A DNA stretch of 63,975 nucleotides, counting the filler. It is 8 parts of 8 records of this genome, joined end to end, with 100 filler letters (N's around TTAATTAATTAA, not from the genome) between each part and the next. Parts side by side here need not be neighbours in the genome. Positions count along the whole stretch, not along the records: positions 1 to 10,349 come from SRR31147125_28213; positions 10,450 to 16,184 come from SRR31147125_28251; positions 16,285 to 26,593 come from SRR31147125_28260; 5 more parts are not named here. One strand, 5' to 3'. Below the pieces are notes generated by a model, which saw nothing but the letters and a program-made list of their open reading frames with translations, was not told where the DNA came from and did not search any database. Position numbers and translations under genes: made by a program. This document shows, piece after piece, positions 9,786-21,054 of the stretch. Position 1 is the stretch's first letter, and each line of letters opens with the position of its first letter.

Positions 9786-10265
9786 ATGGACGAAAAAGAG
9801 AGCTTAGAACGCAAAGCACTAGCCTATTTCTTGAGACTTTATAATCGGAAATTTGATACAAAGTTTCGGCTCTATAAAAAGCGCGAAAGACCTGACTTTG
9901 AGGTCCGAGACAAGATTTCAGGCGATGCAATGGGGGTTGAAATCTCACATATATTTCACGATAAAAAAGAAGCTATGATGTTTTTGGGAAGAGATTCAAG
10001 CCATATTCACGGAATCATCACAGCTCAAGATCATGTTAACGTCTTTACAAGAATACTCAAACAGAAGGCCATCAAAATCAAAGGTTACGATTTTGACGGC
10101 CCTATTATTTTAGTCATTAGAGACTATTCTAGAACTTTTAATGCCCATCACCTATTCGACCATAGACTTGGTCTGAAAGTCCCAGGTTCAGGATATCAAG
10201 AAATATGGTATCTAAGCAGATCGAGACCCGTAAGAAAATGGGATCAATTGGTTCAAATCAAATAA
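9786..10265 (+). CDS. Hypothetical protein, possible PD-(D/E)xK nuclease-like fold
   Basis: ERPDFEVRD..MGVEI motif, later IILVI and EIWYL strands. Confidence 0.5.
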   Translation: MDEKESLERKALAYFLRLYNRKFDTKFRLYKKRERPDFEVRDKISGDAMGVEISHIFHDKKEAMMFLGRDSSHIHGIITAQDHVNVFTRILKQKAIKIKGYDFDGPIILVIRDYSRTFNAHHLFDHRLGLKVPGSGYQEIWYLSRSRPVRKWDQLVQIK

Positions 10266-10316
10266 GCAAGTATAGTCCTACTATTATTTTAGAATTCAAA
10301 ACGAACTCAACATTTT

Positions 10317-10343
10317 TGTCATTCCTGCGAAGGCAGGAATCTA
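10317..10343. repeat. REP-like half element at contig end
   Basis: TGTCATTCCTGCGAAGGCAGGAATCTA, near-identical to 4671-4697. Confidence 0.75.
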
Positions 10344-10349
10344 GAAAAT

Positions 10350-10449
10350 NNNNNNNNNNNNNNNNNNNNNNNNNNNNNNNNNNNNNNNNNNNNTTAATTA
10401 ATTAANNNNNNNNNNNNNNNNNNNNNNNNNNNNNNNNNNNNNNNNNNNN
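10350..10449. other. Artificial contig spacer
   Basis: 44 N + TTAATTAATTAA (stops in all frames) + 44 N. Confidence 0.99.
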
Positions 10450-12081
10450 AAACTCCAGGTTCATATTATAAATACCCCGGTGCTTTAAATTATAAATAGT
10501 ATCGATTGGTGCCTGTGTTGCTTTTATGTCGGGCAAGTCGGCCTCGTAGCAGAAAAACCAATCGCCTCCTTTTTGGCACGCCTCATTTAATCGTTCAGAT
10601 TCTTCAATATTTTCAACCTCGGTATTGCTGTAAAAATAAAGCTCAAATTGCTCGTATTTATAATTATATAATCGCTCATTTTCTTCTGAATGTTCGTTGT
10701 ATATTCGGGTTGCTTCAATTGATGATTGATAGAAAAACAACGAAGGCAGAATGAATAAATTAATACAAAAAAACAATATTGTTACAACAAGCATGGATGG
10801 CGCAAGTAGTCGGCTGATTATATCTGTGTTTTTTAAATATATCCAAATCGTGAAAATTAATCCCATTGCCGGAATGATATAAAATTCAAAATGGTTTGTG
10901 GGAACCATGTATAAAGAAAAAAATCCAACCAAAAACCATAATAAAACAACAGTTGAGAACTGAATTATTTTTACTGATTTTAAAAGTTTTGGGAAATCTC
11001 CTGAAAGAAATGCATCAATCCATTTACTTAAAATTATTGCCATTAAGGGAACGAGAACGGCGATGTAATTGGGCGATTTCCCTTTGGCAACTGACAGAAT
11101 TATAAAGAAAAGCCACATTCCTCCGAAAACATAAAAATCGGCTCCTGAAAATTTCTTTTTGAATAGGAATTTAAAGTCATGAAACAAGGCAAGATACAAT
11201 GCAAAACACCATGGCGCATAGATATAGAGCAGCGTGTGGATGTAAAAAAAGTAATCGGTATTTTGAGTGCCCGAAACCGTTCCGTCAATACGTCCTGCGT
11301 TATTTGTCCAGAAAAAGAATTTTACACCTTCGATTCCGAATTGATTATACAAACCAAGTACTGCTGGCGTTGTAATTATTAGCGAAATAATAATTCCCAA
11401 CAACCATTTTGGGTGGAAAAGTTCTTTCCATTTTTTCTGACTGATTAAGAATACAATTACGGCCATTGCAGGAATAAATCCTCCGGTTGGCCCTTTGGTT
11501 AGCATTGCCAAACCGATTGCTGCAAAACCAATAATAAAGTTAATTGGCTTCCTGAATTTTAAATATGCAAAAAGTTGCCACAATGCAAAAACAATGTTCG
11601 TCATCATTACCAAATCGGTATGAACATCAACATTGTATAAAAAGAAAAGAAATGAGAAGGTTAGAAAAACGGCACTTAACTGCCCAACTTTTTTTGAATA
11701 TAATAGCGATGCTAGTTTGTAGGTACAATAAATTCCGAAGAAAGAATAAAGCACCGGAATTATTTTAAATCCAGAGTTGGAAACACCGAACAACCAGAAG
11801 CCGATTGCAGATAACCAAAACATAAATGGTGGCTTTTGTTCGTAAGGCTCATCGTGGATGGTTAAGTTGATAAAATCGCCCGACTCTAATATGTTTTTTG
11901 AAATGGCTGCGTATTTGGCTGCATCGCCCGAAACATCAACAAAAAGGCCTATGAAAAAAGTTGCCAATGCAAGTGCGGAGATTAATCCGAAGATTAATCG
12001 ATTTTGTGATGTGCTGAATATGGAATTATTTTGCTCCATTTTATTTTTTATGAGATAGCTGCTAAGTTTACTTGAATTCAC
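10450..12081 (-). CDS. ArnT/GT39-family membrane glycosyltransferase (3' truncated)
   Basis: DAAKYAAISK, YEQKPPFMFW, AMLTKGP, multiple TM helices; start could be 12039. Confidence 0.85.
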
Positions 12082-13745
12082 TCACTTCCAAACCAGTCAT
12101 TTTGCCCCGATTTTGTTCCGCAGTTTGTGTAAACAGAATTAAATGAGTGTCGAAATCAATCTGTTCTTTTTCTATTTCAAATTCAACCGAAATGAATTTG
12201 CCGGGCAAAATTTCCATTGATTCTGTTAATTCAGATAAGTGAATGCTTTTTTGTTTGTCTTTTTCTTGTTTCCAACCCAGAACCGGTTGTGATGGATGGT
12301 TGATGTAAATGGTTTTATCGGAGTTGTTTTGCAGCTTTAAAGTTAATTCAATTGATTTTGCGTTTGATTGTACAGAGTCTATCTCAATATTTAATTTTGT
12401 AAAAGATTGAAAAGGTTGACTGATTACTGTTTTTACCTTTTTTCCGTTTTTCAGAGTTATTAGCTTGTCGGCCTCCATTTTGTCGGGAATCACAACAAAA
12501 AGAGAATCGTTATCAGCTATTGTTTCATCGTTCCAAAGGTCGAATTGCGTATACCGGTAATCGGGAGTTGACAGGTGAATACATTTTTCGCCAGTGTAAA
12601 ATTCGTACATCCCGGGAGACGCGAAATTGTTGAAAAAAGCAACCGGCTTTCCCTGCGCCATTTCCTGAATTTGTTCTGAAGTTGCACCTCTGTTGTAAAA
12701 TGCCAGTTTTAAATGACCAACGTTTGGAAGAACATCAGCAATTAAATAAATCCGAAACAATGCAAACAATGCAACCGTTGGAATTCCCAAACGAATAAAC
12801 CATTTTTTCAGTTGAATATTTTCTGAAATAATTGGATACGTGGTTAGCATTAACAAAGGAGTAGCAGCCACTGTCCAGTGTGCTTCTATTCGGTTCCAGA
12901 AACTGAATAGCCCCAGAAAAATGTAAAAACCAAGTACTACAAACAGCAATGCCCGTTTGTACAAATCGTTACCTGTTTTGAATTTCGATAATCCGATAAA
13001 AACAATTATTCCGGTTAATGGCCCGGCAATTATTACCTGGCTTAAAATATTGTCGAAAAAATATTTTAGTTGAAGTGGTTTCGTTCTTCCAACAAAATGG
13101 TATTTAAAAGAAGGGAACTGATTTTCGAATTGCCAAATTACATGGGGAATTAGTAATGCTACTGAGATTACGGCAATGCTCCAAAAATATTTACTTCTTA
13201 GCAGTTTTAGATTCGAGAGAACAATTAGTCCTAAAATCAGAAATGCATGATATTTACTGTAAATCATTGAAGCGGCAACAACGCCCATTAACAACGAAAG
13301 CTGCCAGGTTGGGTTAACCACAAATCGTTTATACAGCATCACAAAGAGTAAAGTAAAAAATACAAGCGGAGTATCGGGCAGTGTAGAAACCTCCAATTTG
13401 TGTGTGCATTAATGGGAACGAGAGAAGGAAAACAGAAAGGAACAGAAAATCCTTTTTTTCGTTTAATTCATTCATAATTATTGCCACGCTCAAAGTTGAA
13501 AGAATCAGGACAAAAATTCTGACACCAATTTCGGCATGAACAACTGAATCGCCCAAAGATATTAATAGAGCAACCATTGGCGGATGATCGAAAAATCCCC
13601 AGTCTAAATTCTGAGAATAAAGCCAGTAATACGATTCGTCGGCGTGTAATTCGGTAAAAATGGCTTGCAACAGATTAATTACAAACCACAAACTCAAAAG
13701 TACAAAATGAGGTCTTCTTAAATTATTCAAAATAAAACAGGGCAT
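12068..13745 (-). CDS. ArnT/GT39-family glycosyltransferase, split by a frameshift near 13385
   Basis: DESYYWLYS..WGFFDHPPMVA in the upstream frame continues as LPDTPLVFF..YSKYH in the downstream frame. Confidence 0.8.
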
Positions 13746-14017
13746 TAAAGCGTCAATAAAAAATAAGCATTCAAACACAACAATATTGCCCACTTTGCAA
13801 TACAAATTTTGTAAGGCAAATCTTTAAATACATTATTAAAATAAGCACTTATTGCCAGCAAGCCCACACAAATACTAATAATAAGAGTTGGTTCGCGATA
13901 AATAAACAACACATAAAAAATGCTTACAACCAAAACAATGCTATTTAAAACAATAAGAATACGCAGTAATAATGGTGCGTAATTTGTTTTTTGTCGACTT
14001 TGAGTAAAACTTTGCAT
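13745..14017 (-). CDS. Small membrane protein
   Basis: 90 aa, 2-3 hydrophobic segments, tightly packed between glycosyltransferase genes. Confidence 0.6.
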   Translation of the reverse strand: MQSFTQSRQKTNYAPLLLRILIVLNSIVLVVSIFYVLFIYREPTLIISICVGLLAISAYFNNVFKDLPYKICIAKWAILLCLNAYFLLTL

Positions 14018-14019
14018 AG

Positions 14020-15639
14020 TTAATATTTTAAAAGGTACATCTGTTCGTGCATTTTGCTCCGTGTTTTTGGATTAAAATACAACCCGGCATTTTTCATCGA
14101 AAAATGATTGTACTGAATAATAGTATCGGGTTTTGCATTTAGCACAATCAAATCGTTCAACCCTTCTTTTGTTGTAAAAATCCAGTTTCCTTCTTTATTT
14201 GCAATTTTGCTAATATCTTCATTTTTATGAATTTGCTCGGCTTGCGGCTCGCTGTAAAAAAACAATTCGTACTGATCGTATTTGTAGTTAAACAGTTTGC
14301 TGTTTTCTCCAAAATGCCTCGAGAAATACCTGGCAGCTTCGGAAGGAGCCTGCAACCTGAACATTTCAGGAAAAACCGATGTGTTTAACACAAAGGCAAG
14401 TACAACAAATGTAATTGCAGAAGGCATTAACAGCCTGTCGATTCCTACCGATTTTGATGAGTAGATATATAGTGTTCCGGTAATTCCCAACGCAATAAAA
14501 ATGTAGTTATACCATGGGAGATTTTCGAATACATAAAAGGCCAGGATGAGAATAAAAAGCCACAGAAAGAAGCTTATTGCAGTTTGCACAAATGTAATTA
14601 CTGTTAAGGTTTTCGATTTTTCGTTGACTGCTTTATCAATCCACTTGGCAGTTAAAACCGCAATTAGAGGAATAATTCCAAAAACATAGTTAGGGAGCTG
14701 GCTTCTGGATGTGTTAAGGATAATGAAAAATATCCAGATTCCTGCGAACGTGAAATATTCGTGAGTTTTGAATCTGTTTTTTATCAAGTATCGAAATTCG
14801 GAAAATGCAGCTATGTAAAATAACAAACTCCATGGCAATAATAAATACAGCAGGGTGTGTACGTAAAATATCGGATCGCTGAAAGTATTTGTATAGCTAC
14901 CGTTGTATCTTCCAAAATTGTTATCCCAGAAAAAGAAACGCAAACCTTCCCACTCAAACTGGTTCCAGAGACCAATCAAGGCAGGACTTACAACTAAAAA
15001 TGATATTATAATACCCAGGTACCAGCGATAGTCGGCTAAAAATTTGTAATCTTTTTTCATGATAATATGGCCCAAAACCGCGAATGCAGGAATAGCTGCA
15101 CCAATTGGCCCTTTGCAAAGCATTGCCAAACCAATGGCAACAAAACCCAAAATGCAGTGAAGTGTTTTTTTTGTTTTTATAAACTCAAAAAATTGCCACA
15201 ATGCCAGTGTAATAAACGCTTGTAATGGCGTGTCGGTATGAATATCCATGCTGTACATGGAATAAACCAACGAAAAAGCCATAATAAAAGCAGCTATCCA
15301 GCCAACTCGTTTATTGTACAAACTTTGCCCTAAACGAAATGCCCAGTAAAAACCAGCAAATACTAATAGTAATACAGGTAGCTTAAACCAGAAATTTGAG
15401 ATGCCTCCTATTGTAAAACCAAGTGCTCCCATCCAGAACAACATTGGTGGTTTTTGGTCGTAAGCATCTCCATGCACGGTAAGGTTTATGTAATTCCCGT
15501 TTTGGTAAATCTCTTTCGAGATGGTTGCATATTTTCCGGCATCGCGGGTAACATCAACAGTTAAACCGGAAAAATAGCCAATCAGCGCCACTACAACAAC
15601 GGCAAAAAATATATACTTTGCTGTTTTCTGTTCAAACAT
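14020..15639 (-). CDS. ArnT/GT39-family membrane glycosyltransferase
   Basis: DAGKYATISK, YDQKPPMLFW, MLCKGPIG; clear paralog of 10450-12081. Confidence 0.85.
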   Translation of the reverse strand: MFEQKTAKYIFFAVVVVALIGYFSGLTVDVTRDAGKYATISKEIYQNGNYINLTVHGDAYDQKPPMLFWMGALGFTIGGISNFWFKLPVLLLVFAGFYWAFRLGQSLYNKRVGWIAAFIMAFSLVYSMYSMDIHTDTPLQAFITLALWQFFEFIKTKKTLHCILGFVAIGLAMLCKGPIGAAIPAFAVLGHIIMKKDYKFLADYRWYLGIIISFLVVSPALIGLWNQFEWEGLRFFFWDNNFGRYNGSYTNTFSDPIFYVHTLLYLLLPWSLLFYIAAFSEFRYLIKNRFKTHEYFTFAGIWIFFIILNTSRSQLPNYVFGIIPLIAVLTAKWIDKAVNEKSKTLTVITFVQTAISFFLWLFILILAFYVFENLPWYNYIFIALGITGTLYIYSSKSVGIDRLLMPSAITFVVLAFVLNTSVFPEMFRLQAPSEAARYFSRHFGENSKLFNYKYDQYELFFYSEPQAEQIHKNEDISKIANKEGNWIFTTKEGLNDLIVLNAKPDTIIQYNHFSMKNAGLYFNPKTRSKMHEQMYLLKY

Positions 15640-15829
15640 AATAAGGTGCAAAATTTTAGTAATACTTCCTAAAAATCGCACTTTCGAGGACACAAAAAAA
15701 GGCTTTAAAAAAAGGCTTTAACAGAACGTTAAGCCAAAATTAATCCGGTTTTCAGATTTAAAATAAACTTTACTAAAATTTCATTTTCAGATAAAAGTTG
15801 TAATTCTTTTGTAATAAAGATTTAGGGTT

Positions 15830-16184
15830 TTAGGAGTTGCCAATAAGTTTTTCCTGCTCGTTCCAGGGCTCAATAAAAACCAGTAAAAGAAGTAGTACAA
15901 ACAGTGTTTCCCATAATTCCCAGATTCTTAAGTCGGGAATAATAGTAATAAAACCCGTGCAAGCCAGCATTATAACAGTATGTTTAAATTTTGGCAACGG
16001 AACTCCAAACAGGTCAACCAGTTTTTTAAACCAGTTAACTTTTCGGTATAAAATAAGTGAAGCAACAAAGTAAAAACCAAACACAAGCACAAGTCCCTGC
16101 GAGAAAATAAGTTTGTTGAGTTTTACCCCGCCCACTTCCAGATTGTGCAAATTCGTTTCGTTCTGAAGATTATTCTGCGAAAAA
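15830..16184 (-). CDS. Membrane hypothetical protein (5' truncated)
   Basis: Open frame to the contig edge, QNETNLHNL followed by hydrophobic helices. Confidence 0.6.
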
Positions 16185-16284
16185 NNNNNNNNNNNNNNNN
16201 NNNNNNNNNNNNNNNNNNNNNNNNNNNNTTAATTAATTAANNNNNNNNNNNNNNNNNNNNNNNNNNNNNNNNNNNNNNNNNNNN
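16185..16284. other. Artificial contig spacer
   Basis: N44-TTAATTAATTAA-N44. Confidence 0.99.
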
Positions 16285-16906
16285 AAAAAAGCGGATGAAA
16301 GTTCACACCTATATATCCGTTTCTTGCGATTATAGTTTTTATCTGCTCATCCGTTAAATTTCTCTTGTGGTCGTTTAACGCATTACAGCAAGAATGCGAA
16401 GCCATAACTTTACCTTTATAATAGTCCATAACCTGCCAAAACGATTGTCTGTTTAAGTGAGAAACATCCAAAATAGCATTATGTTTGCTTATAATATCTA
16501 AAGCTTCTTTACCAAGCGGAGTTAGCTCGCCATCCGAAAGTGCTCCACCAACAAACTTGTTTTTTTCATTCCAAGCAAGCGATATTATTTTTGCGCCATT
16601 TCTTATATAAAACTCTAAAAGCTTTAAGGAATAATTGGCAGATTTCATACCCTCTATAGCTAATATAGGAAATATTCTATTTTCATCATGAGATACTTTT
16701 GAAGTAAAAAGTTTATGAGATGCAGTTATGTATTTAAATTTAATATACTGCCTGATACTATGATAAAAGGAATTTTTAATATCCGGATTAACAAATATAG
16801 CAAAAACCTGAATGAGCAAATTAGAAGATTTTAAAAGCTCCAAATCCTTTTTATTCTTTTTAACGCCATGATATAAAAAATCGCAATGCGTATCACTATA
16901 TCTCAT
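16285..16906 (-). CDS. Membrane dipeptidase family (M19) protein, 3' truncated
   Basis: DTHCD, LAIEG, LAWN, DVSH, ASHS, HKRNLTDEQ motifs. Confidence 0.85.
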
Positions 16907-17624
16907 AAGTTTCAAGCTCACTTACTATTTCACTATTTTCAAATGTCTCTGTTGCTTCATCCAAAAGCTTTTTTTCATCCGCATTAGGGTTTATATGCGT
17001 TAATAAAAGTTTTTCTATACCTGCCGATTTTGCAGTATAAGCAGCTTGATATGCAGATGTATGAGCAAAATTAACTGTTCTATCTTTTTCTAAAATAGCA
17101 CAATCAAAAAGTACTGTATTAGCTCCTTTACAAAAATCTATAATATGATTTGAAAAAACCGTATCAGCGGAAAAGACAAATTCTTTTTCATCATTAGAAA
17201 TTTTAACCGCATAGGTTTCAACAGGATGCTTCATCTGCTTAAATGATAGTTTCAAATCATTAATCTCAACCTCAAATCCATCACTTATTATATTTTTATT
17301 AAATCTATCTATTTCCAAAATAGCTTCATGTGTGTTTTTAGGAGTTTCGGGTAAATATAAATCTATCTTTTTCATATTTTGAGTAAGCAGTTGATAACGC
17401 AAAACCAAAATATCCGACATATGGTCGCTATGCAAATGAGTTAATATTATAGCATCTATATTTTTAGTATCTATAAACTTTTGCAAATTAGAAAGCGACC
17501 CACAGCCCATATCCACCACAATATTTGTATTATCTGTTTTTACAAGATAAGAAGAACAAGCACCTCCTGCTTTTGGAAACGGACCATATTTTCCTAAAAT
17601 AGTAATATCAAACAAAGAAATCAC
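16896..17624 (-). CDS. MBL-fold metallo-hydrolase (RNase Z-like)
   Basis: CSSYLV, DMGCG, THLHSDH, SADT, LLLTH. Confidence 0.85.
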   Translation of the reverse strand: MISLFDITILGKYGPFPKAGGACSSYLVKTDNTNIVVDMGCGSLSNLQKFIDTKNIDAIILTHLHSDHMSDILVLRYQLLTQNMKKIDLYLPETPKNTHEAILEIDRFNKNIISDGFEVEINDLKLSFKQMKHPVETYAVKISNDEKEFVFSADTVFSNHIIDFCKGANTVLFDCAILEKDRTVNFAHTSAYQAAYTAKSAGIEKLLLTHINPNADEKKLLDEATETFENSEIVSELETYEI

Positions 17625-17630
17625 CCTTTC

Positions 17631-18947
17631 TTATATCATTTCACCAAACAGTGAATTTTTCATAGCTCTTGTTACTTTCAACTTGATAAATTCACCAACA
17701 ACATCATTATCACATACAAAATTAACCGTTTTAAAACACTCTGTTTTCCCAAAATACTGACTATTTCGATCTCTTTTACCTTCAACCAAAACTTCAACTT
17801 TTTTTCCTACCATAGCTTTGTTTTTATCATAGGTAATCTCGTTTTGAACTTCCAAAAGTCTCATAATCCTATCTTTTTTAACTTCATCAGATATATGATC
17901 TTCTATTTCGCAAGCTTTTGTTCCGGTTCTTTTTGAATACATAAAAGTAAAAGCAGAATCATAACCTACTTTTTTAACCAAGTCTAAAGTATCTAAAAAT
18001 TCATCTTCTGTTTCTGTAGGAAAACCAACTATTATATCTGTAGTAATAGCAATATCAGGACTTATTTTTCTCAATTTCTCAATTTTCGATAGATACTCGC
18101 TTCGCGAGTACTTTCTATTCATCAATTTAAGCACCCTGTCAGAGCCAGCCTGCACAGGCAGGTGAATATGGTTGCATACAGGATTTATCCCCTTAAATAT
18201 GTCAATAAGTTCATCTGATAAGTCTTTTGGGTGAGAAGTCATAAATCTAACTCGTTTTATACCTTCTATTCTGCATATTTCATCTAAAAGCTGCCTAAAT
18301 GATATATCTGTATCTAAATCGTTCCCATAAGAGTTGACATTTTGACCAAGTAGCATAATCTCTTTATATCCATCGCTTGCCAATTCTCTTATCTCTTTTA
18401 AAATATTTTCTGGCGTACGGCTTTTCTCTCTTCCACGTACATAAGGTACAATACAATAAGCACAATAATTATTACAGCCGTAGATTACATTAACAAATGC
18501 AAACGGCTTTTTGTATCTGTTAACTGGCACATTCTCATGTATATCGAGTTCGGCTTCATCTACAGCAAACATACGCGTATTTAAATCTATGCATTGCTGT
18601 AAATACTGAGGAATCATATGCATGTTTTGTGTCCCCATTATCAGAGTTACAAATCTAAAACGGTCATATATTTTTTTTGCAACCTTAGTTTGTTGAGATA
18701 AGCACCCACATACAATAACTTTTAAGTCTTTATCAACCGCATATTTCTTTAATGCTCCAATATTGCTTATAATTTTTTGTTCTGCACTTTCTCTTATACA
18801 ACAAGTATTAATCGTAATAATATCGGCTTGACCAATATCAGCTGTTTTTATATATCCCATACCAGCAAGCATACCTTCTACTTTTTCAGATTCGTGTTCA
18901 TTCATTTGGCATCCGTATGTCACTACATGGTATTTTTTTATTTCCAT
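17631..18947 (-). CDS. miaB: tRNA-i6A37 methylthiotransferase MiaB
   Basis: TYGCQMNEHESE, radical SAM GCNNYCAYCIVP, LLGQNVNSYG, TSHPKD, C-terminal TRAM domain. Confidence 0.95.
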   Translation of the reverse strand: MEIKKYHVVTYGCQMNEHESEKVEGMLAGMGYIKTADIGQADIITINTCCIRESAEQKIISNIGALKKYAVDKDLKVIVCGCLSQQTKVAKKIYDRFRFVTLIMGTQNMHMIPQYLQQCIDLNTRMFAVDEAELDIHENVPVNRYKKPFAFVNVIYGCNNYCAYCIVPYVRGREKSRTPENILKEIRELASDGYKEIMLLGQNVNSYGNDLDTDISFRQLLDEICRIEGIKRVRFMTSHPKDLSDELIDIFKGINPVCNHIHLPVQAGSDRVLKLMNRKYSRSEYLSKIEKLRKISPDIAITTDIIVGFPTETEDEFLDTLDLVKKVGYDSAFTFMYSKRTGTKACEIEDHISDEVKKDRIMRLLEVQNEITYDKNKAMVGKKVEVLVEGKRDRNSQYFGKTECFKTVNFVCDNDVVGEFIKLKVTRAMKNSLFGEMI

Positions 18948-19097
18948 CTTTATTCACTACCTTAATTTTTTTTACATTAAATTATACATTTAATATTACC
19001 TTTAATCAACCATCAACTGATCTTTAGTTGGTAAAAACAAGGGCAAACAACAAAAAACGTTATCTGCCCAAAATAATTCAACTATACTTATAAGATA

Positions 19098-20978
19098 CTA
19101 TTTAATAAGCTTACATATATTTTTAGAAAATTCAACTGGATTTTCTATTTGCAAACCTTCAATAAGCAATGCTTGATTATATAAAAGATCTGTATATAAG
19201 TCTATATCATCGGTTTTATTTTCAACTGCATTTTTAATAGAAGCAAACACCTCATGATCCGTATTAACTTCTAAAATACGTTCTGCCTTTGCACCTTGAT
19301 TATTTGGCATAGCACTTAAAACCTTTTCCATCTCTATTGTCAAATCACCATCAGATGAAAGACAAACAGGCGTGTTTTTAAGCCTCTTAGAAGCAACAAC
19401 ATCTTTAACCTTATCTCCAAGAACTTTTTTCATAGCCTCAAATACATCATCAAAGCTTTCGTCCTTTTTATCGTCCTCTTCTTTGTCTTTTTCCTCATCA
19501 AGACCTAAATCACCGCTGGAGACAGATTTAAATTTCTTCTCTTCGTATTCTGCCAAAATATTAATAGCAAACTCATCAACGTCTTCCGTAAAGTAAAGAA
19601 TCTCATATCCTTCGTCTAAAATACGTTCTGTTTGAGGTAAAAGTGCAATTCTTTCTACAGAATCACCAGATGCATAGTAAATATATTTTTGATCTTCTTT
19701 CATACGCGATACGTATTCTGAAAGAGTTACCATTTTCTCTTCTTTTGATGAATAGAACATGAGTAGATCTTGTAGATCATCTTTGTTAGCACCATAATTT
19801 TCATAAACACCATATTTAAGCTGGCGTCCAAATGATTTATAGAATTCATCATAAGTGTCTCTGTCCTTATCAATCATCTTTTTAAGTTCAGATTTAATTT
19901 TATTTTTAATATTCTTAGCAATAACTTTTAATTGCCTGTTATGCTGTAATATTTCCCTAGATATATTCAAAGATAAATCCTCAGAATCAACCATCCCTTG
20001 AACAAAACTAAAATAATCTGGTAAAAGGTCACCACATTTTTGCATAATTAAAACACCGTTAGAATATAGCTCTAGGCCTTTTTCAAACTCTTTTGTATAA
20101 AAGTCAAAAGGCGTGCTCTTTGGAATATAAAGAATTGAAGTATATCTTGTTAGACCTTCTGCATTTATATGCACATACTTAGCAGGCTTATCGAATCCAT
20201 ATCTTTTTTCGTTATAAAAATTTTCGTAGTCTTCATCTTTAAGCTCGTTTTTGTTTTTACGCCAAATTGGAACCATGCTATTAATTGTTTTTTCTTCAAC
20301 AACAGTATCAAATTCGCCTTCTTCACCTTCTCTTGGAACAGTAGACGTCATGTCCAACTTGATTGGGTATCTTATAAAGTCAGAATATTTTTTTATGAGA
20401 GCTTGTACTCTATATTGGTCTGCATATTCATCATATTTTTCATCGTCTGTGTTTTCTTTAAGTTCTATTACTATTTCAGTACCAATATCATCTTTTTCAC
20501 ATTCAGAAATCGAATACCCTTCAGCACCTTCCGATTCCCAGATATAAGCGTTGTCACTTCCTAGTGCTTTGGTCTTAACAGTAACCTTTTTTGCAACCAT
20601 AAAAGCAGAATAAAAGCCAACACCGAATTGACCAATGATATCGAAATCCTCTTTCTTTTCAACATCATTTTTAAATTGAAGCGACCCACTTTTAGCAATA
20701 ACGCCTAAGTTATCAGCAAGTTCCTTTTCAGTCATACCAATTCCAGTATCCGCTATTTTTATAGTTCGCGCATCACTATCCAAAAACAGTTTAATAAAAT
20801 AATCGTCTTTATTAAAAGAAATATTTTCATCAGCAAGTGCTTTATAATAAATTTTGTCAATAGCATCACTAGCATTAGAAATTAGTTCTCTTAAAAAAAT
20901 TTCCTTATGAGTATAAATCGAGTTAATCATTAAGTCTAATAATCTTTTTGATTCAGCTTTAAATTGTTTTTTTGCCAT
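19098..20978 (-). CDS. htpG: Molecular chaperone HtpG (Hsp90)
   Basis: [38 protein letters not shown]. Confidence 0.97.
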   Translation of the reverse strand: MAKKQFKAESKRLLDLMINSIYTHKEIFLRELISNASDAIDKIYYKALADENISFNKDDYFIKLFLDSDARTIKIADTGIGMTEKELADNLGVIAKSGSLQFKNDVEKKEDFDIIGQFGVGFYSAFMVAKKVTVKTKALGSDNAYIWESEGAEGYSISECEKDDIGTEIVIELKENTDDEKYDEYADQYRVQALIKKYSDFIRYPIKLDMTSTVPREGEEGEFDTVVEEKTINSMVPIWRKNKNELKDEDYENFYNEKRYGFDKPAKYVHINAEGLTRYTSILYIPKSTPFDFYTKEFEKGLELYSNGVLIMQKCGDLLPDYFSFVQGMVDSEDLSLNISREILQHNRQLKVIAKNIKNKIKSELKKMIDKDRDTYDEFYKSFGRQLKYGVYENYGANKDDLQDLLMFYSSKEEKMVTLSEYVSRMKEDQKYIYYASGDSVERIALLPQTERILDEGYEILYFTEDVDEFAINILAEYEEKKFKSVSSGDLGLDEEKDKEEDDKKDESFDDVFEAMKKVLGDKVKDVVASKRLKNTPVCLSSDGDLTIEMEKVLSAMPNNQGAKAERILEVNTDHEVFASIKNAVENKTDDIDLYTDLLYNQALLIEGLQIENPVEFSKNICKLIK

Positions 20979-21054
20979 CTTTAAACCACCTTTTATCTTT
21001 TGTTATATTATTTATTTATTTGAACTCCAAACACTCATTGTGTCTGAAAATTCT

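Noticed and set aside
15694-15745. Tandem AAAAAAAGGCTTT duplication
   Set aside because: Part of a simple terminator-like hairpin, possibly an assembly stutter.
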